Source of the DNA: an uncultured Gammaproteobacteria bacterium
Lineage (GTDB): Bacteria; Pseudomonadota; Gammaproteobacteria; UBA9214
Assembly: GCA_963748215.1 (NCBI GenBank)
Contig: CAVVHS010000008.1
Location: 384,001 to 448,000 of the forward strand
Direction of reading: 5' to 3'
Length of the DNA stretch: 64,000 bases
The number at the start of each line of letters is the position of its first letter. Position 1 is the first letter of the stretch. A program made the position numbers and the translations under genes. The notes under the pieces are model-generated. The model was given only the letters and a program-made list of their open reading frames with translations. It ran no database searches and was not told the DNA's origin. This document shows, piece by piece, positions 31,220 through 43,235 of the stretch.

Positions 31220-32521
31220 TTACCCCTGTCGCGTCTGATGTCGACCGCGACCGCCGCCACCATGGCGTCCTCCGCCCGGCCCTTTTCCCGGCCGGCCCTT
31301 GCCGCCTGGCCGCGGCGGCGGCCGGTCGATCTTGACCGGCGGCTTGAGTTTACCGATGTAGTCTTCCGGCACCGTGGCCACCGGCAGCTTGTGACCGATA
31401 TAGGCCTCGATTTCCGGGAGCGAGTAGACGAAATTCTCGCAGGCGAAACTGATCGCATCCCCGTCCTTGCCGACCCGCGCCGTGCGCCCGATCCGGTGTA
31501 CATAATCCTCGGCATCCTGCGGCAGATCATAATTGAATACGTGGCTGACGTCGGGTATGTGCAGGCCGCGTGCTGCCACATCGGTGGCAATCAGGATCGG
31601 CAATTCCCCCTTCTGGAACTGCTTCAGCAGGCGCTGGCGTTTCGTCTGCGGGACATCCCCCGACAGCACCGCACACTTGAAACCGTTACCCTCGAGGTAG
31701 GACCAGACCCGGTCCGCATTGCGCTTGGTGTTGACGAACACGATGCTGCGGTGCGGGTCGGTATGGTTGAGCAGACCGATCAGCAGGGGAATTTTTTCTA
31801 CATTCGCCGTGTGGTAGAGCAGCTGCCGGACCCGTTCGGCCGTGATGATCTCGGGTACGACATCGACATGGGTAGGGTTGTTCATGTGCTCGTAGGCCAG
31901 TTCCTGCACCCGGTGCGACAGGGTCGCCGAGAACAGCAGCCCGAGACGCTGCTCCGGCGGCGGGCAGCGGCGCAGCAGAAAGCGGATGTCCTTGATAAAG
32001 CCGAGGTCGAACATGCGGTCCGCCTCGTCCAGCACGATGGCCTGGCACATCTTCAGGTTGAAGACGTGCTGCTTGAAATAATCGATCAGACGGCCTGGCG
32101 TCCCGATCAGGATGTCCACACCGGCGGCGATGGTATCGCGCTGTTCTTCATAGCCGGTGCCGCCATAGGCCAGCCCCAGCTGCAATCCGGTGTGCCGTCC
32201 CAGCACCCTGGCGTCGTCGTAGATCTGGATAGCCAGTTCACGGGTCGGCGCCAGGATCAGGGCGCGCGGCTGGTTCACCTGACGCTGCTCGCTGGCCGGG
32301 TTGATCATCAGGTGGTGGAAGACCGCGACCAGGAAGGCGGCCGTCTTGCCGGTGCCGGTCTGCGCCTGGCCGGCGACATCGCGCCCCTGCAGGGCGACCG
32401 GCAGGGTCTCGGCCTGGATCGGGGTGCATTTAGTAAATCCTGCATCTTCAATACCTTGCATCAGCTTTTCCGGCAGGGAAAAGCTGCTCCAGGCAATCTC
32501 GGTCAAATGTGTTTCGGCCAT
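31220..32521 (-). CDS. rhlB: ATP-dependent RNA helicase RhlB
   Basis: [21 protein letters not shown] and HRIGRT motifs; divergent from trxA-rho. Confidence 0.93.
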   Translation of the reverse strand: MAETHLTEIAWSSFSLPEKLMQGIEDAGFTKCTPIQAETLPVALQGRDVAGQAQTGTGKTAAFLVAVFHHLMINPASEQRQVNQPRALILAPTRELAIQIYDDARVLGRHTGLQLGLAYGGTGYEEQRDTIAAGVDILIGTPGRLIDYFKQHVFNLKMCQAIVLDEADRMFDLGFIKDIRFLLRRCPPPEQRLGLLFSATLSHRVQELAYEHMNNPTHVDVVPEIITAERVRQLLYHTANVEKIPLLIGLLNHTDPHRSIVFVNTKRNADRVWSYLEGNGFKCAVLSGDVPQTKRQRLLKQFQKGELPILIATDVAARGLHIPDVSHVFNYDLPQDAEDYVHRIGRTARVGKDGDAISFACENFVYSLPEIEAYIGHKLPVATVPEDYIGKLKPPVKIDRPPPRPGGKGRPGKGPGGGRHGGGGRGRHQTRQG

Positions 32522-32997
32522 GGTCAGGGTCGCAGCGGCGTGCACGGGCACAGAAAAGTCATCGAATTTCGTATTGTATTTCAAATGCTTGTTTATATGC
32601 CAATGATTGTTGAAAAACGCGACCCGCGCGACAGGTTCGCCACCCGCCGCGACCGTGCCGGCCCCGTCGCCCGAGGCCACACTCGGCTGCACGGATGGCG
32701 CCGCGCAACGGGCCGGGGATGTGCCTGCGCGGCATGCGCAACATGTCTTTTTGAAGACTGTGACGAACCGGACTTGTAAATCTTGCGGAATTAGGCTGAA
32801 ATAGCACGCATCAAGGTGTCATGCCACCCACATGGACTCTGACACATCATTACGACTCCTGCCAAGGTTGCACCTCCCGGAACAGACCTTGACGTGTCAC
32901 ACAACGGAATTCCATTTTCACGACCATTGCGGGCCAGGCCCGGACATCTGCACTGCGGCAAGCCGGCAGCCTTTTTCATTCAAGGAGAAATTCAACA

Positions 32998-33324
32998 GTG
33001 AGTGACCAGATCCTCCAGCTGACTGACGACACATTCGAACAGGACGTCATCAAGTCGTCCGACCCCGTACTCGTGGATTATTGGGCCGAGTGGTGCGGTC
33101 CCTGCAAGATGATCGCGCCTATCCTGGAAGAGATCGCCAGCGAATACAACGGCAGGATCAAGGTCGCCAAACTGAACATAGACGACAATCCGCAAACACC
33201 GCCCAAGTACGGCATCCGCGGCATCCCGACCCTGATGCTGTTCAAGGACGGCAATGTGGAAGCCACCAAGGTCGGTGCCCTGTCGAAATCACAACTGACT
33301 GCATTCATCGACAGTAACATCTGA
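32998..33324 (+). CDS. trxA: Thioredoxin 1
   Basis: WAEWCGPC motif; upstream of rho. Confidence 0.97.
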   Translation: MSDQILQLTDDTFEQDVIKSSDPVLVDYWAEWCGPCKMIAPILEEIASEYNGRIKVAKLNIDDNPQTPPKYGIRGIPTLMLFKDGNVEATKVGALSKSQLTAFIDSNI

Positions 33325-33497
33325 AAACAAATAAACTAACGTACCGGGGATAACTGAAAATACGGGCCTGTGCCCGTGCGCCGCACAACTGTACACCCGC
33401 TGCTTTATCGGCAAGGCAGTTCAGCTTTCCCTGTTCTTTCTCCGGCCCCCGGGCCAATCCAAACAAATCAAATCATGACACCCAGCAAAGGCCACCT

Positions 33498-34754
33498 ATG
33501 AACCTGTCGGAACTCAAGCTCAAGCCTGCATCTGAACTGTTGGAAATCGCCCAGGAGATGGGTATCCAGGACGTTGCCCGCCAGCGCAAGCAGGACATCA
33601 TCTTCTCCATCCTCAAGTCGCACGCCAAGAAAGGCGAGGATATATTCGGCAACGGGGTACTGGAGATCCTCCAGGACGGTTTCGGATTCCTGCGCTCGGC
33701 GGACAGTTCCTATCTCGCCGGGCCGGACGATATCTACGTCTCTCCCAGCCAGATCCGCCGCTTCAGCCTGCGCACCGGCGACACCGTGGATGGCAAGATC
33801 CGGCCGCCGAAGGACAGCGAACGTTACTTCGCGCTGCTCAAGGTCAGCGAGATCAACTTTGAAAAACCGGAAAACGCCAAGCACAAGGTCGCCTTCGAAA
33901 ACCTGACGCCGCTGCATCCGAACGAGCGCCTGATACTGGAACGTGGCAACGGCAGCACCGAGGACATTACCGCGCGTATCATCGACCTGGTGGCACCGCT
34001 GGGCAAGGGACAGCGCGGCCTGATCGTATCGCCGCCAAAGGCCGGCAAGACCATGCTGCTGCAGAACGTCGCGCAGTCCATCGCCATAAACCACCCGGAA
34101 TGCTACCTGATCGTGCTGCTCATCGACGAACGCCCGGAGGAAGTCACCGAGATGGCGCGTTCGGTGCAGGGCGAAGTGGTTTCCAGCACCTTCGACGAAC
34201 CGGCCAGCCGCCACGTGCAGGTCGCCGAGATGGTGATCGAGAAAGCCAAGCGTCTGGTCGAGCACAAGCGCGACGTGGTGATCCTGCTGGATTCCATCAC
34301 CCGCCTGGGGCGCGCCTACAACACGGTGGTGCCCTCTTCCGGCAAGGTACTGACCGGCGGCGTCGACGCCAACGCCCTGCAACGCCCCAAGCGTTTCTTC
34401 GGCGCGGCGCGCAATATCGAGGAAGGCGGCAGCCTGACCATCCTGGCCACGGCGCTGATCGACACCGGCTCGCGCATGGACGACGTCATCTACGAGGAAT
34501 TCAAGGGCACCGGCAACCACGAAATCCACCTGGAGCGCCGTATCGCCGAAAAGCGCGTCTACCCGGCGATCAACCTGAATCGTTCCGGCACGCGCCGCGA
34601 GGAACTGCTCACCGACCCGAAAGAACTGCAGAAGATGTGGATCCTGCGCAAGCTGCTGCACCCGATGGATGAACTGGCCGCCATGGAATTCCTGCTCGAC
34701 AAGCTCAAGGCAACCAAGAACAACAACGAGTTCTTCGAATCGATGAAGCGCTAA
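33498..34754 (+). CDS. rho: Transcription termination factor Rho
   Basis: [22 protein letters not shown] and EEFKGTGN motifs. Confidence 0.98.
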   Translation: MNLSELKLKPASELLEIAQEMGIQDVARQRKQDIIFSILKSHAKKGEDIFGNGVLEILQDGFGFLRSADSSYLAGPDDIYVSPSQIRRFSLRTGDTVDGKIRPPKDSERYFALLKVSEINFEKPENAKHKVAFENLTPLHPNERLILERGNGSTEDITARIIDLVAPLGKGQRGLIVSPPKAGKTMLLQNVAQSIAINHPECYLIVLLIDERPEEVTEMARSVQGEVVSSTFDEPASRHVQVAEMVIEKAKRLVEHKRDVVILLDSITRLGRAYNTVVPSSGKVLTGGVDANALQRPKRFFGAARNIEEGGSLTILATALIDTGSRMDDVIYEEFKGTGNHEIHLERRIAEKRVYPAINLNRSGTRREELLTDPKELQKMWILRKLLHPMDELAAMEFLLDKLKATKNNNEFFESMKR

Positions 34755-35561
34755 CGTGAGACGTGAGACGTGAAGACGTGAAGCGTGAAGCGTGAAGCGT
34801 GAAGCGTGAAGCGTGAAGCGTGAAAAAAATATAATGGCCACGGAATCCACGGAAGAACACGGAAAAATAACAACAAATAACTTCTTATTCTGTTTGCGGC
34901 ATGCATACCGGTGAAACACCGATTCCGGTAGCTGATTGGTTCGCGGACCGCGTCCGCTCCTACGGGATCTGTTGCAGTACACACGTTCTGCGCCCCTCAT
35001 GGAGCATAAAACGCACCCTGTGCCTGTATTGATTTTATTTTTCCGTGTTCTTCCGTGAATTCCGTGGCCATTTCATCGCGCATGAGATGCGCTCCTACCC
35101 CAATAGACGGTGTAGGGTGCACTCCGTGCACCGTCGCGTTGCGTAAAACGCACCCTACGTCCCGTTATGAATTCATCTTTTTTCCGTGTCCTTCCGTGGA
35201 TTCCGTGGCCATTTCATCGCGCATGGGATGCGCTCCTACACCCAATAGACGGTTTTGTGTAGGGTGCACTCCGTGCACCGTCGCGTTGCGTAAAACGCAC
35301 CCTACGTCCCGTTATGAATTCATCTTTTTTCCGTGTCCTTCCGTGTGGTTCCGTGGCCATTTCATCGCGCATGGGATGCGCTCCTACACCCAATAGACGG
35401 TTTTGTGTAGGGTGCACTCCGTTCACCGTCGCGTTGCGTAAAACGCACCCTACGTCCCGTTATGAATTCATCTTTTTTCCGTGTCCTTCCGTGTGGTTCC
35501 GTGGCCATTTATCTTTTCACATCTCACGTTTCACGTCTCACGTCTCACGTCCCACGTCTCA
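34755..35561. repeat. Mosaic repeat block between rho and htpX
   Basis: Ten CGTGA(G/A)(A/G) heptamers (34755-34825), a CCACGGAA multimer, three tandem units of ~147-148 bp, then the inverted multimer and heptamers. Confidence 0.9.
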
Positions 35562-36659
35562 CCCGTCGTTGCCCAGGTTGCGCAGGCGATTGATGCGCAG
35601 TTCAAGCGGCGGATGGGTGGCATACAGGCGATTGGTCTTTTCCCGGAAGTTACGGAACGGGTTCACGATGAACATGTGCTGCGTGGCACGGTTCGCGCCG
35701 CGGAACGGCTGTGCACTGCTCGCCAGCTTCCCGAGCGCGGATATCAGCCCTTCGGGGTGCCGGGTCAGGCGCACACTGGTCGCATCGGCCAGGAATTCAC
35801 GCTGCCGTGACACGGCCATCTGCACCAGCAGTGCGAACACCGGTGCGAGCGCGGCGAAGGCCACCAGCGCCAGCATCACGAACGCGGCATTGGCGCCACC
35901 CTTTCCGGAACTGCGCGAACGGTCGGAGAAGTACAGCGCACGCAGTGCCGCATCGCTGACCAGCGCGACCAGGCCGACTATGACGCCAACGGCCGTGGCA
36001 TAACGGATATCCCAGTTCACGATGTGGCCCATCTCGTGACCGACAACCCCCTGCAGTTCCTCGCGATTCAGTGTATCCAGCAGGCCTTGCGTGACGCCGA
36101 TGGCAGAACGTGCCGGTGACATGCCGGTGGCAAAGGCATTCAGAGCCGGCGTATCGATGACGAACACACGCGGCTTGACGATGCCGGCCGCGATCGCCAT
36201 CTCCTCGACCACATTGTGCAGTACGGGAGCCTCGTCGACCGTGACTTCGCTGGCGCCGGTCAGGCGCAGGATTATCCGGTCCCCGACGTGGAACGCGATC
36301 CACGACCAGAGCGCACCGATTGCGAACAGCACCAGTGAACACCACACACCCCAGCGGCTCACGAACCAGACGTTCCCGACACCTTCGGGCAGGCCGTGCA
36401 TGGCGAGCTGCAGGCTCCAGCCCAGCAGGTAGCCCAGCACGCCGAGTATCAGCAACAGCGCTCCCAGCAGCCGCAGGGTCGCGCGCTGGTTGGCGCGTGC
36501 CGCGGCGAGAAAATCGGTGCGCCGCAGCACCTTGTTACGCAGCAGCCGGTTTGCCTGCCAGTCGGTGGTGAACGGCACACCGCACTGCGCGCACACCCTC
36601 GCATGGGGACGGTTATGCGCCCCGCATTCAGGACATTGCTTGCTATCGGAGGGCGGCAT
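35559..36659 (-). CDS. htpX: HtpX-like M48 zinc metalloprotease with an N-terminal zinc ribbon
   Basis: CPEC..CAQC, NAFATG, HEMGH, SRQREFLAD and THPP motifs. Confidence 0.85.
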   Translation of the reverse strand: MPPSDSKQCPECGAHNRPHARVCAQCGVPFTTDWQANRLLRNKVLRRTDFLAAARANQRATLRLLGALLLILGVLGYLLGWSLQLAMHGLPEGVGNVWFVSRWGVWCSLVLFAIGALWSWIAFHVGDRIILRLTGASEVTVDEAPVLHNVVEEMAIAAGIVKPRVFVIDTPALNAFATGMSPARSAIGVTQGLLDTLNREELQGVVGHEMGHIVNWDIRYATAVGVIVGLVALVSDAALRALYFSDRSRSSGKGGANAAFVMLALVAFAALAPVFALLVQMAVSRQREFLADATSVRLTRHPEGLISALGKLASSAQPFRGANRATQHMFIVNPFRNFREKTNRLYATHPPLELRINRLRNLGNDG

Positions 36660-36687
36660 CCGGGTCAGTTAATCGTCTGGACAGAGG

Positions 36688-37240
36688 GACGTGAAACGTG
36701 AAAAAACATGATGGCCACGGAATCCACGGAAGAACACGGGAAAATAAAGATGCTTTATCAAAAGCAGCTGGCACATTTTTACAGGGCCGCCGCCCATAGC
36801 AGCCCTGCCGGCAATGAAGTGAACGGATGACAAACTATGGATCGGTCTGTTTTGGATTCGTTCAAAATAATCTTATTCCGAGGGTGTATGAAACGGTTTT
36901 ATTTCCGTGTAATTCCGTGTGTTTCCGTGGCCATTATCATCGCGCATGAGATGCGCTCCTACCCCAATAGACGGTGTAGGGTGCACTTCGTGTACCGTCG
37001 ACGGCGCGTAAAACGCACCCTACGCGCGGTTTTTAATCTTTCCGTGTTCTTCCGTGGATTCCGTGGCCATTATCATCGCGCACGAGATGCGCTCCTACCC
37101 CAATAGACGGTGTAGGGTGCACTTCGTGCACCGTCGACGGCGCGTAAAACGCACCCTACGCCCGGGTTTTTTATCTTTCCATGTTCTTCCGTGTGTTTCC
37201 GTGGCCATTTTTCACTTCACGTCTCACCTTTCACGTTTCA
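36688..37240. repeat. Mosaic repeat block between htpX and lemA
   Basis: Heptamer plus CCACGGAA arm on the left, two ~136-bp REP units, and an inverted arm on the right. Confidence 0.88.
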
Positions 37241-37306
37241 GCACATCGGGACATGGGAAATGACAACTGATCATTTCCATGGCAATTATTTATTTCCACG
37301 CACCCG

Positions 37307-37864
37307 TCAGCGCAAATTGACCGCCGGTGTCGCCATTTCGGTTTCCGGCACTTCGAAGTAGGTCGCCTGTTTGAAGCCGAACAGGCCGGCCACGATGTTG
37401 GACGGGAATGACTCGACGCCGTTGTTGAGCGCCATCACGCTGTCGTTATAGAACTGGCGCGAGAAGGAAATCTTGTTCTCGGTGGCACTCAACTCCTCCA
37501 TCAGTCGCGAAACGTTCTCGTTGGCCTTGAGGTCTGGATAATTCTCCATCAGTGCGAACAGCTTGCCCATCGCGCCGGTCAGGATGCCCTCGGCGGCGAT
37601 CGCCTCTTCCGGCCCGCTGGCACTGACGGCCTGGTTGCGCGCCTGGATGACCATGGTCAGGGTTTCCTGCTCGTAGGACATGTAATCCTTGACCACCTCG
37701 ACCAGGTTCGGGACCAGGTCATGGCGCCGCTTGAGCTGGACGTCGATCTGGCGCCAGGCATTCGCAACCTGGTTCTTCAGGCCAACCAGCTTGTTGTACA
37801 GCGCGACACCCCAGAGCGGGACGGCGACGATAAGCGCAAGTATTACCCAGCCGATGTTTTCCAT
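37307..37864 (-). CDS. lemA: LemA family protein
   Basis: YNKLV, IDVQLKRRHDLVPNLV, ENYPDLKAN and RQFYND motifs. Confidence 0.95.
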   Translation of the reverse strand: MENIGWVILALIVAVPLWGVALYNKLVGLKNQVANAWRQIDVQLKRRHDLVPNLVEVVKDYMSYEQETLTMVIQARNQAVSASGPEEAIAAEGILTGAMGKLFALMENYPDLKANENVSRLMEELSATENKISFSRQFYNDSVMALNNGVESFPSNIVAGLFGFKQATYFEVPETEMATPAVNLR

Positions 37865-37976
37865 CTTTATCTCCTTGTGCAAACCAGCATGCTGAAAGTG
37901 AAACGTTATGTGAGCCGGGCGTCAGATTTACAGGATAGATGCGGATATCACCGACCTTTCATGTCTCACATATTCA

Positions 37977-38092
37977 GTTGCAGGGCGGTCTCTGTGCACC
38001 GTTGCCGGTGCGTAAAACGCACCCTACATCCTGTCATGTATATATTTCCGTCTGATTCCGTGGCCATTATGTTTTCACGTCTCACGTCTCAC
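37977..38092. repeat. Short degenerate mosaic block ending in the purD stop
   Basis: ggtgcgtaaaacgcaccctac, ttccgtggccat and tcacgtctcacgtctcacg. Confidence 0.75.
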
Positions 38093-39365
38093 GCTGAACC
38101 GCACGATAGCCTATGTCGGTACGATAATAAACATCCGGCCAGTGAATGCGACCGACACAGGCATAGGCCTGTTGCTGGGCCGCGGCGATGGTTACCCCCA
38201 GCGCGCAGACGCACAGGACGCGGCCACCGCTGGTTTTCACAGCCGCACCGTCCGCCTCCGTCCCGGCATGAAACACCTTGCATGGCATATCGTCGGCTTC
38301 CGGCAAACCCTTGATGACATCGCCCTTGCGGTAGCTGGCCGGGTAGCCGCCCGCCGCCATCACCACACCGAGCGCGGCACGCGGGTCCCATTCCGCCTCG
38401 ACCGAATCGAGCCGGCCTTCCAGCGCGGCCAGGCACAGCGCCACCAGGTCGGAGCGCAGTCGGCACATGACGGGCTGTGTCTCGGGATCACCGAAGCGCA
38501 CGTTGAATTCCAGCACCTTCGGCACACCGTCCGCGCCGATCATGAGCCCGGCGTAGAGAAAGCCGGTGAAGGCATTGCCCTCCGCCGCCATGCCGCGAAT
38601 GGTCGGCAGCATCACCTGCTGCATGACCTGCTCGTGCATTTCCGGCGTCACCACCGGCGCCGGCGAATAGGCCCCCATGCCGCCGGTATTGGGTCCGCTG
38701 TCACCGTCATCACGCGCCTTGTGATCCTGCGAGGTGGCCAGCGGCAGACAGTGCTCGCCGTCCACCATGGCGATGAAACTGGCCTCCTCGCCGCGCAGGA
38801 ATTCCTCGACGACGACCCGGTGCCCGGCCTCGCCAAACACGTTGCCGGCCAGCATGTCCCGCACGGCCGCGGCGGCCTCCGCCTCGGTCTGCGCCAGGAT
38901 CACGCCCTTGCCGGCGGCCAGGCCGTCGGCCTTGATGACGATCGGAACGCCCTGCGCGCGGATGTATTCGATGGCCGCATCGACCTCGTGAAAGCTGGCG
39001 TAGGCCGCCGTGGGAATCGCATGCCGGCGCAGGAAGTCCTTGGCAAAGGACTTGGAACCCTCCAGCTGCGCGGCCCCGCGCCCGGGCCCGAAACACGGCA
39101 GGCCGGCAGCGCGAAATCGGTCGACGATACCGGCCACCAGCGGCACCTCGGGTCCGACGATGGTGAGCCCGACCGCCTGCGACTGCGCGAAGGCGAGCAG
39201 CGCGTCGCCGTCCAGCGAGTCGATGTCGACGTTCTCGACACCCGGCTCCAGCGCGGTACCGGCATTGCCCGGCGCGACAAACACGGTGTCCGCCAGCGGC
39301 GACTGCGCGGCCTTCCAGGCCAGTGCGTGCTCGCGCCCGCCGTTGCCGATAATGAGAATGTTCAT
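38082..39365 (-). CDS. purD: Phosphoribosylamine-glycine ligase
   Basis: GNGGREHALA, KADGLAAGKGV, QDHK, GPNTGGMG and RFGDPE motifs. Confidence 0.97.
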   Translation of the reverse strand: MNILIIGNGGREHALAWKAAQSPLADTVFVAPGNAGTALEPGVENVDIDSLDGDALLAFAQSQAVGLTIVGPEVPLVAGIVDRFRAAGLPCFGPGRGAAQLEGSKSFAKDFLRRHAIPTAAYASFHEVDAAIEYIRAQGVPIVIKADGLAAGKGVILAQTEAEAAAAVRDMLAGNVFGEAGHRVVVEEFLRGEEASFIAMVDGEHCLPLATSQDHKARDDGDSGPNTGGMGAYSPAPVVTPEMHEQVMQQVMLPTIRGMAAEGNAFTGFLYAGLMIGADGVPKVLEFNVRFGDPETQPVMCRLRSDLVALCLAALEGRLDSVEAEWDPRAALGVVMAAGGYPASYRKGDVIKGLPEADDMPCKVFHAGTEADGAAVKTSGGRVLCVCALGVTIAAAQQQAYACVGRIHWPDVYYRTDIGYRAVQRET

Positions 39366-39384
39366 GATTGTTTGCTTTCCATGA

Positions 39385-40312
39385 TTATGGCCACGAAATC
39401 CACGGAACAACACGGGAAGATAAAGCCTTCCCGATCACGAAGATGGTGAAGTTGCCCGTGTATTCCCTGGAAAATAAATAGCCACAGAATCACACGGAAG
39501 AATACAGATTACAAGGTGCACTCCGTGCACCGTTACCGATGCGTAAAACGCACCCTACATCTTTATTTCACGCTTCATGTCCTGCTCAATCAATACCGGG
39601 AAATACGATCTGCGTTTTTTCCGTGTTGTTCCGTGTGATTCCGCGGCCATTATCATCGCGCATGAGATGCGCTCCTACTCCAAATAGACGGTGTAGGGTG
39701 CACTTCGTGCACCTTTTGCGGTGCGTAAAACGCACCCTACGGATTGCCCTGCAATGATTGTTTATGTTTCCGTGTTCTTCCATGTGATTCCGTGGCCATT
39801 ATCATCGCGCATGAGATGCGCTCCTACTCCAAATAGACGGTGTAGGGTGCACTTCGTGCACCTTTTGCGGTGCGTAAAACGCACCCTACGGATTGCCCTG
39901 CAATGATTGTTTATGTTTCCGTGTTCTTCCATGTGATTCCGTGGCCATTATCATCGCGCATGAGATGCGCTCCTACTCCAAATAGACGGTGTAGGGTGCA
40001 CTTCGTGCACCTTTTGCGGGGCGTAAAACGCACCCTATGGCTTGCCCTGCAATGACTGTTTATTTTTCCGTGTTCTTCCGTGTGCTTCCGTGGCCATTAT
40101 TCTTCGTTCACGTCTCACGTCTCACGTCTCACGTCTCACGTCTCAGACGGTGTAGGGTGCACTTCGTGCACCTTTTGCGGTGCGTAAAACGCACCCTACA
40201 TCTTCATTTCACGCTTCATGTCCTGCTCAATCAATACCGGGAAATACGATCTGCATTTTTCCGTGTTCTTCCGTGGTCATTATTCTTTTCACGTCTCACG
40301 CCTCACGTCTCA
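39385..40312. repeat. Mosaic repeat block between purH and purD
   Basis: Three near-identical 149-bp tandem units, extra REP doublets and heptamer tracts; 39551-39625 is duplicated at ~40191-40265. Confidence 0.9.
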
Positions 40313-41872
40313 GTGCCGGAAATGCCGCATGCCGGTGAATACCATCGCGATACCGTGCTCGTCGGCGGCGGCGATGACCTCGTCGTCGCGCATCGAACCG
40401 CCGGGCTGGATCACTGCCACGATGCCTGCCTTGGCGGCCTGGTCGATACCGTCGCGGAACGGGAAGAAGGCATCCGAGGCCATCACCGAGCCCTTGATCT
40501 CGAGACCCTCGTCCGCCGCCTTGAGCGCGGCCACCCTGGCGCTGTAGACGCGGCTCATCTGGCCGGCGCCGACACCGATGGTCATGCCGTTCCTGCAGTA
40601 GACGATGGCATTGGACTTGACGAACTTGGCGACGCGCCAGGCGAACAGCAGATCCTGCACTTCCTGTGCAGTCGGCCCGCGACTGGTCACCACCTTGAGA
40701 TCGTCCGCGCCGATCCGGCCCAGGTCGCGATCCTGCACCAGCAGGCCGCCATTGACACGCTTGAAGTCGAGCATGGGCAGGGGCTTGTCGGCCCAGGTGC
40801 CGCACTCCAGTACACGCACGTTCTTTTTTTCGGCCAGCACCGGCAACGCATCCGGGGCGACGGCCGGCGCAATGATCACCTCGACGAACTGGCGCTCGAT
40901 GATCGCGGCGGCAGTGGCCGCATCCAGCGCGCGGTTGAAGGCGATGATGCCGCCGAACGCCGAGGTCGGATCGGTCCTGAAGGCACGGTCGTAGGCCTCG
41001 AGCGGGCTGGCGCCCAGCGCCACGCCGCAGGGATTGGCGTGCTTGACGATGACACAGGCCGCCCCCTCGGTGAATGATTTCACGCATTCCAGCGCGGCAT
41101 CCGTGTCCGCCACGTTGTTGTAGGACAATTCCTTGCCCTGCAGCTGGTGAGCGGTGGCGACCGAGGCCTCGCACGGCTCGTGCTCGACATAGAACGCGGC
41201 ACGCTGGTGCGGGTTCTCGCCATAACGCATGGTCTGCGCCTTCCGGTACTGCAGGTTCAGGGTGTGCGGGAACTCCGAGCGCTCGCCCGCGGCATCGACC
41301 GCACCGAGATAATTGGCAATCGCGCCGTCGTAGCGCGCCGTGTGCTCGAAGGTCTTCACGGCCAGCCGGTAGCGTGTGGCGGTGGACACGACATTGCCGT
41401 TGGCGCGCATTTCCTCGAGCACCAGCGAAAAGTCCGCATTGTCGACCAGCACGGTGACCGCGGCGTGGTTCTTGGCCGCGGCGCGCAGCAGTGTCGGCCC
41501 GCCGATGTCGATGTTCTCGATCGCCATGGGCAGACCGCAGTCGGGACGCGCCACGGTCTGCTCGAACGGGTAGAGGTTCACCACCACCAGGTCGATGGGC
41601 AGGATGCCGTTGGCCGCCATCACCGCCTCGTCGGTGCCGCGGCGCCCGAGTATGCCGCCGTGAATCCGGGGATGCAGGGTCTTGACACGGCCGTCCATCA
41701 TCTCCGGAAAACCGGTGAAATCGGACACCTCGACGACGGCAACGCCTGCCTCGGCCAGCAGCCGGGCGGTGCCGCCGGTGGAGAGGATCTCCACGCCGAG
41801 GGCATGCAGCTCGCGTGCGAAGTCGACCACCCCGCTCTTGTCGGATACGCTGATAATTGCGCGCGTGATCAT
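40310..41872 (-). CDS. purH: Bifunctional AICAR formyltransferase/IMP cyclohydrolase
   Basis: [35 protein letters not shown] and terminal RHFRH motifs. Confidence 0.97.
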   Translation of the reverse strand: MITRAIISVSDKSGVVDFARELHALGVEILSTGGTARLLAEAGVAVVEVSDFTGFPEMMDGRVKTLHPRIHGGILGRRGTDEAVMAANGILPIDLVVVNLYPFEQTVARPDCGLPMAIENIDIGGPTLLRAAAKNHAAVTVLVDNADFSLVLEEMRANGNVVSTATRYRLAVKTFEHTARYDGAIANYLGAVDAAGERSEFPHTLNLQYRKAQTMRYGENPHQRAAFYVEHEPCEASVATAHQLQGKELSYNNVADTDAALECVKSFTEGAACVIVKHANPCGVALGASPLEAYDRAFRTDPTSAFGGIIAFNRALDAATAAAIIERQFVEVIIAPAVAPDALPVLAEKKNVRVLECGTWADKPLPMLDFKRVNGGLLVQDRDLGRIGADDLKVVTSRGPTAQEVQDLLFAWRVAKFVKSNAIVYCRNGMTIGVGAGQMSRVYSARVAALKAADEGLEIKGSVMASDAFFPFRDGIDQAAKAGIVAVIQPGGSMRDDEVIAAADEHGIAMVFTGMRHFRH

Positions 41873-42138
41873 AACGTACAGTGTTCCAGGTTGTATTGCT
41901 TGAGTTTCTTGCGCAGCGTGCCGCGGCTGATACCGAGCATCTCCGCGGCCTGGCTCTGGTTGCCGTCCACGTGATGCATGACGACGTTGAGCAGGGCGGG
42001 TTCCACCTCGTTGAGCACCGTATGATACAGGTCGCTCACCTTGTGGCCGTTCAGGTCACCCAGGTAGAGCTGGATGGCCGATGTCACGCTGCGGCGGATC
42101 GGCTGCTTGCGGCGCTCACGCCGTGTCTGCACCATCAC
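41869..42138 (-). CDS. fis: DNA-binding protein Fis
   Basis: [24 protein letters not shown]; downstream of dusB. Confidence 0.9.
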   Translation of the reverse strand: MMVQTRRERRKQPIRRSVTSAIQLYLGDLNGHKVSDLYHTVLNEVEPALLNVVMHHVDGNQSQAAEMLGISRGTLRKKLKQYNLEHCTL

Positions 42139-43121
42139 GCCGCCAGTTCCTGACGCTCGGCGAGCCGGGCAAAGAAATCGCGTACGAACTGCAGTTGCGC
42201 AGCCGCGCTTTCCAGCCTGTTGACCTGCTCGCGGAAGGTGGTGCCGTCACGCTGACCCTTGCTGTACCAGGCGATATGCTTGCGCGCCACGCGCACACCG
42301 GTGTATTCGCCGTAGAAGGCATACAGGTTTTCGAGATGCCCGGTGAGAATATGGCAGATTTCCGCCGGCCCGGGTTCCGGTAGGCGTCGGCCGGTCTGCA
42401 TGAAATGGCTGATTTCGCGAAATATCCAGGGCCGGCCCTGTGCCGCGCGGCCGATCATGACGGCGTCGGCACCGGTGTCGCGCAACACCTCGACCGCCTG
42501 TTCCGGCGTGGTGATATCGCCATTGGCGATGACCGGGATGGTGATCGCGGCCTTGATCGCGCGCACCGTGTCGTGCTCGGCCGCGCCACGATAGCCGCAG
42601 GCGCGGGTGCGGCCATGCACCGCGAGTGCCTGGATACCGGCCTGCTCGGCGATGTGCGCGACACGCAGGCCGTTTTTGTGCCCGGGGTCCCAGCCGGTGC
42701 GAATCTTCAGTGTGACCGGCACATCGACGGCCTGCACCACGGCGTCGAGGATACGACCTACCAGCGACTCGTCCTGCAGCAGGGCCGAACCGGCCATGAC
42801 GTTGCAGACCTTCTTGGCCGGACATCCCATGTTGATATCGATGATCTGTGCCCCGTGATCCACATTGAAACGCGCTGCGTCTGCCATCCTGTCAGGATCG
42901 GCACCGGCGATCTGCACCGACACCGGCGCCGGTTCCCCGCAGTGATCGATGCGGCGCCGCGTCTTGGCGCTGCCCCACAGCAGCGCATTCGACGACACCA
43001 TTTCCGAAACGGCCATGCCGGCGCCCAGTTCGCGGCACAGCTGACGAAATGGCCGATCGGTCACACCGGCCATCGGGGCCAGTACGAGATTGTTGGGTAA
43101 TGTAAAGCGTCCTATGTTCAC
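42135..43121 (-). CDS. dusB: tRNA-dihydrouridine synthase B
   Basis: LAPMAGVTD, INMGCPAKKV, HGRTR and MIGRAAQGRPW motifs. Confidence 0.96.
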   Translation of the reverse strand: MNIGRFTLPNNLVLAPMAGVTDRPFRQLCRELGAGMAVSEMVSSNALLWGSAKTRRRIDHCGEPAPVSVQIAGADPDRMADAARFNVDHGAQIIDINMGCPAKKVCNVMAGSALLQDESLVGRILDAVVQAVDVPVTLKIRTGWDPGHKNGLRVAHIAEQAGIQALAVHGRTRACGYRGAAEHDTVRAIKAAITIPVIANGDITTPEQAVEVLRDTGADAVMIGRAAQGRPWIFREISHFMQTGRRLPEPGPAEICHILTGHLENLYAFYGEYTGVRVARKHIAWYSKGQRDGTTFREQVNRLESAAAQLQFVRDFFARLAERQELAA

Positions 43122-43174
43122 CGGTGTTATGACGTATGAAGAGTCTGTTTTAATCCCGGATTGGAGGACGGCAG

Positions 43175-43202
43175 ATAATACCCGCTTGGGCGGAGATGTA
43201 AA
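43175..43202 (-). promoter_or_regulatory. Candidate dusB-fis sigma70 promoter with a GC-rich discriminator
   Basis: TTTACA-16 bp-TATTAT followed by CTGCCGTCC on the minus strand. Confidence 0.45.
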
Positions 43203-43235
43203 AGTGGAATAAAAAAGTCCGTAAAATTACAGGTT

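Noticed and set aside
39620-40090. CRISPR array reading of the 149-bp periodic repeats, and of similar arrays at 35, 37, 45 and 46-47 kb
   Set aside because: Whole units, including the would-be spacers, are near-identical; the period is too long; no cas genes are present; units are built from GTAG REP palindromes.
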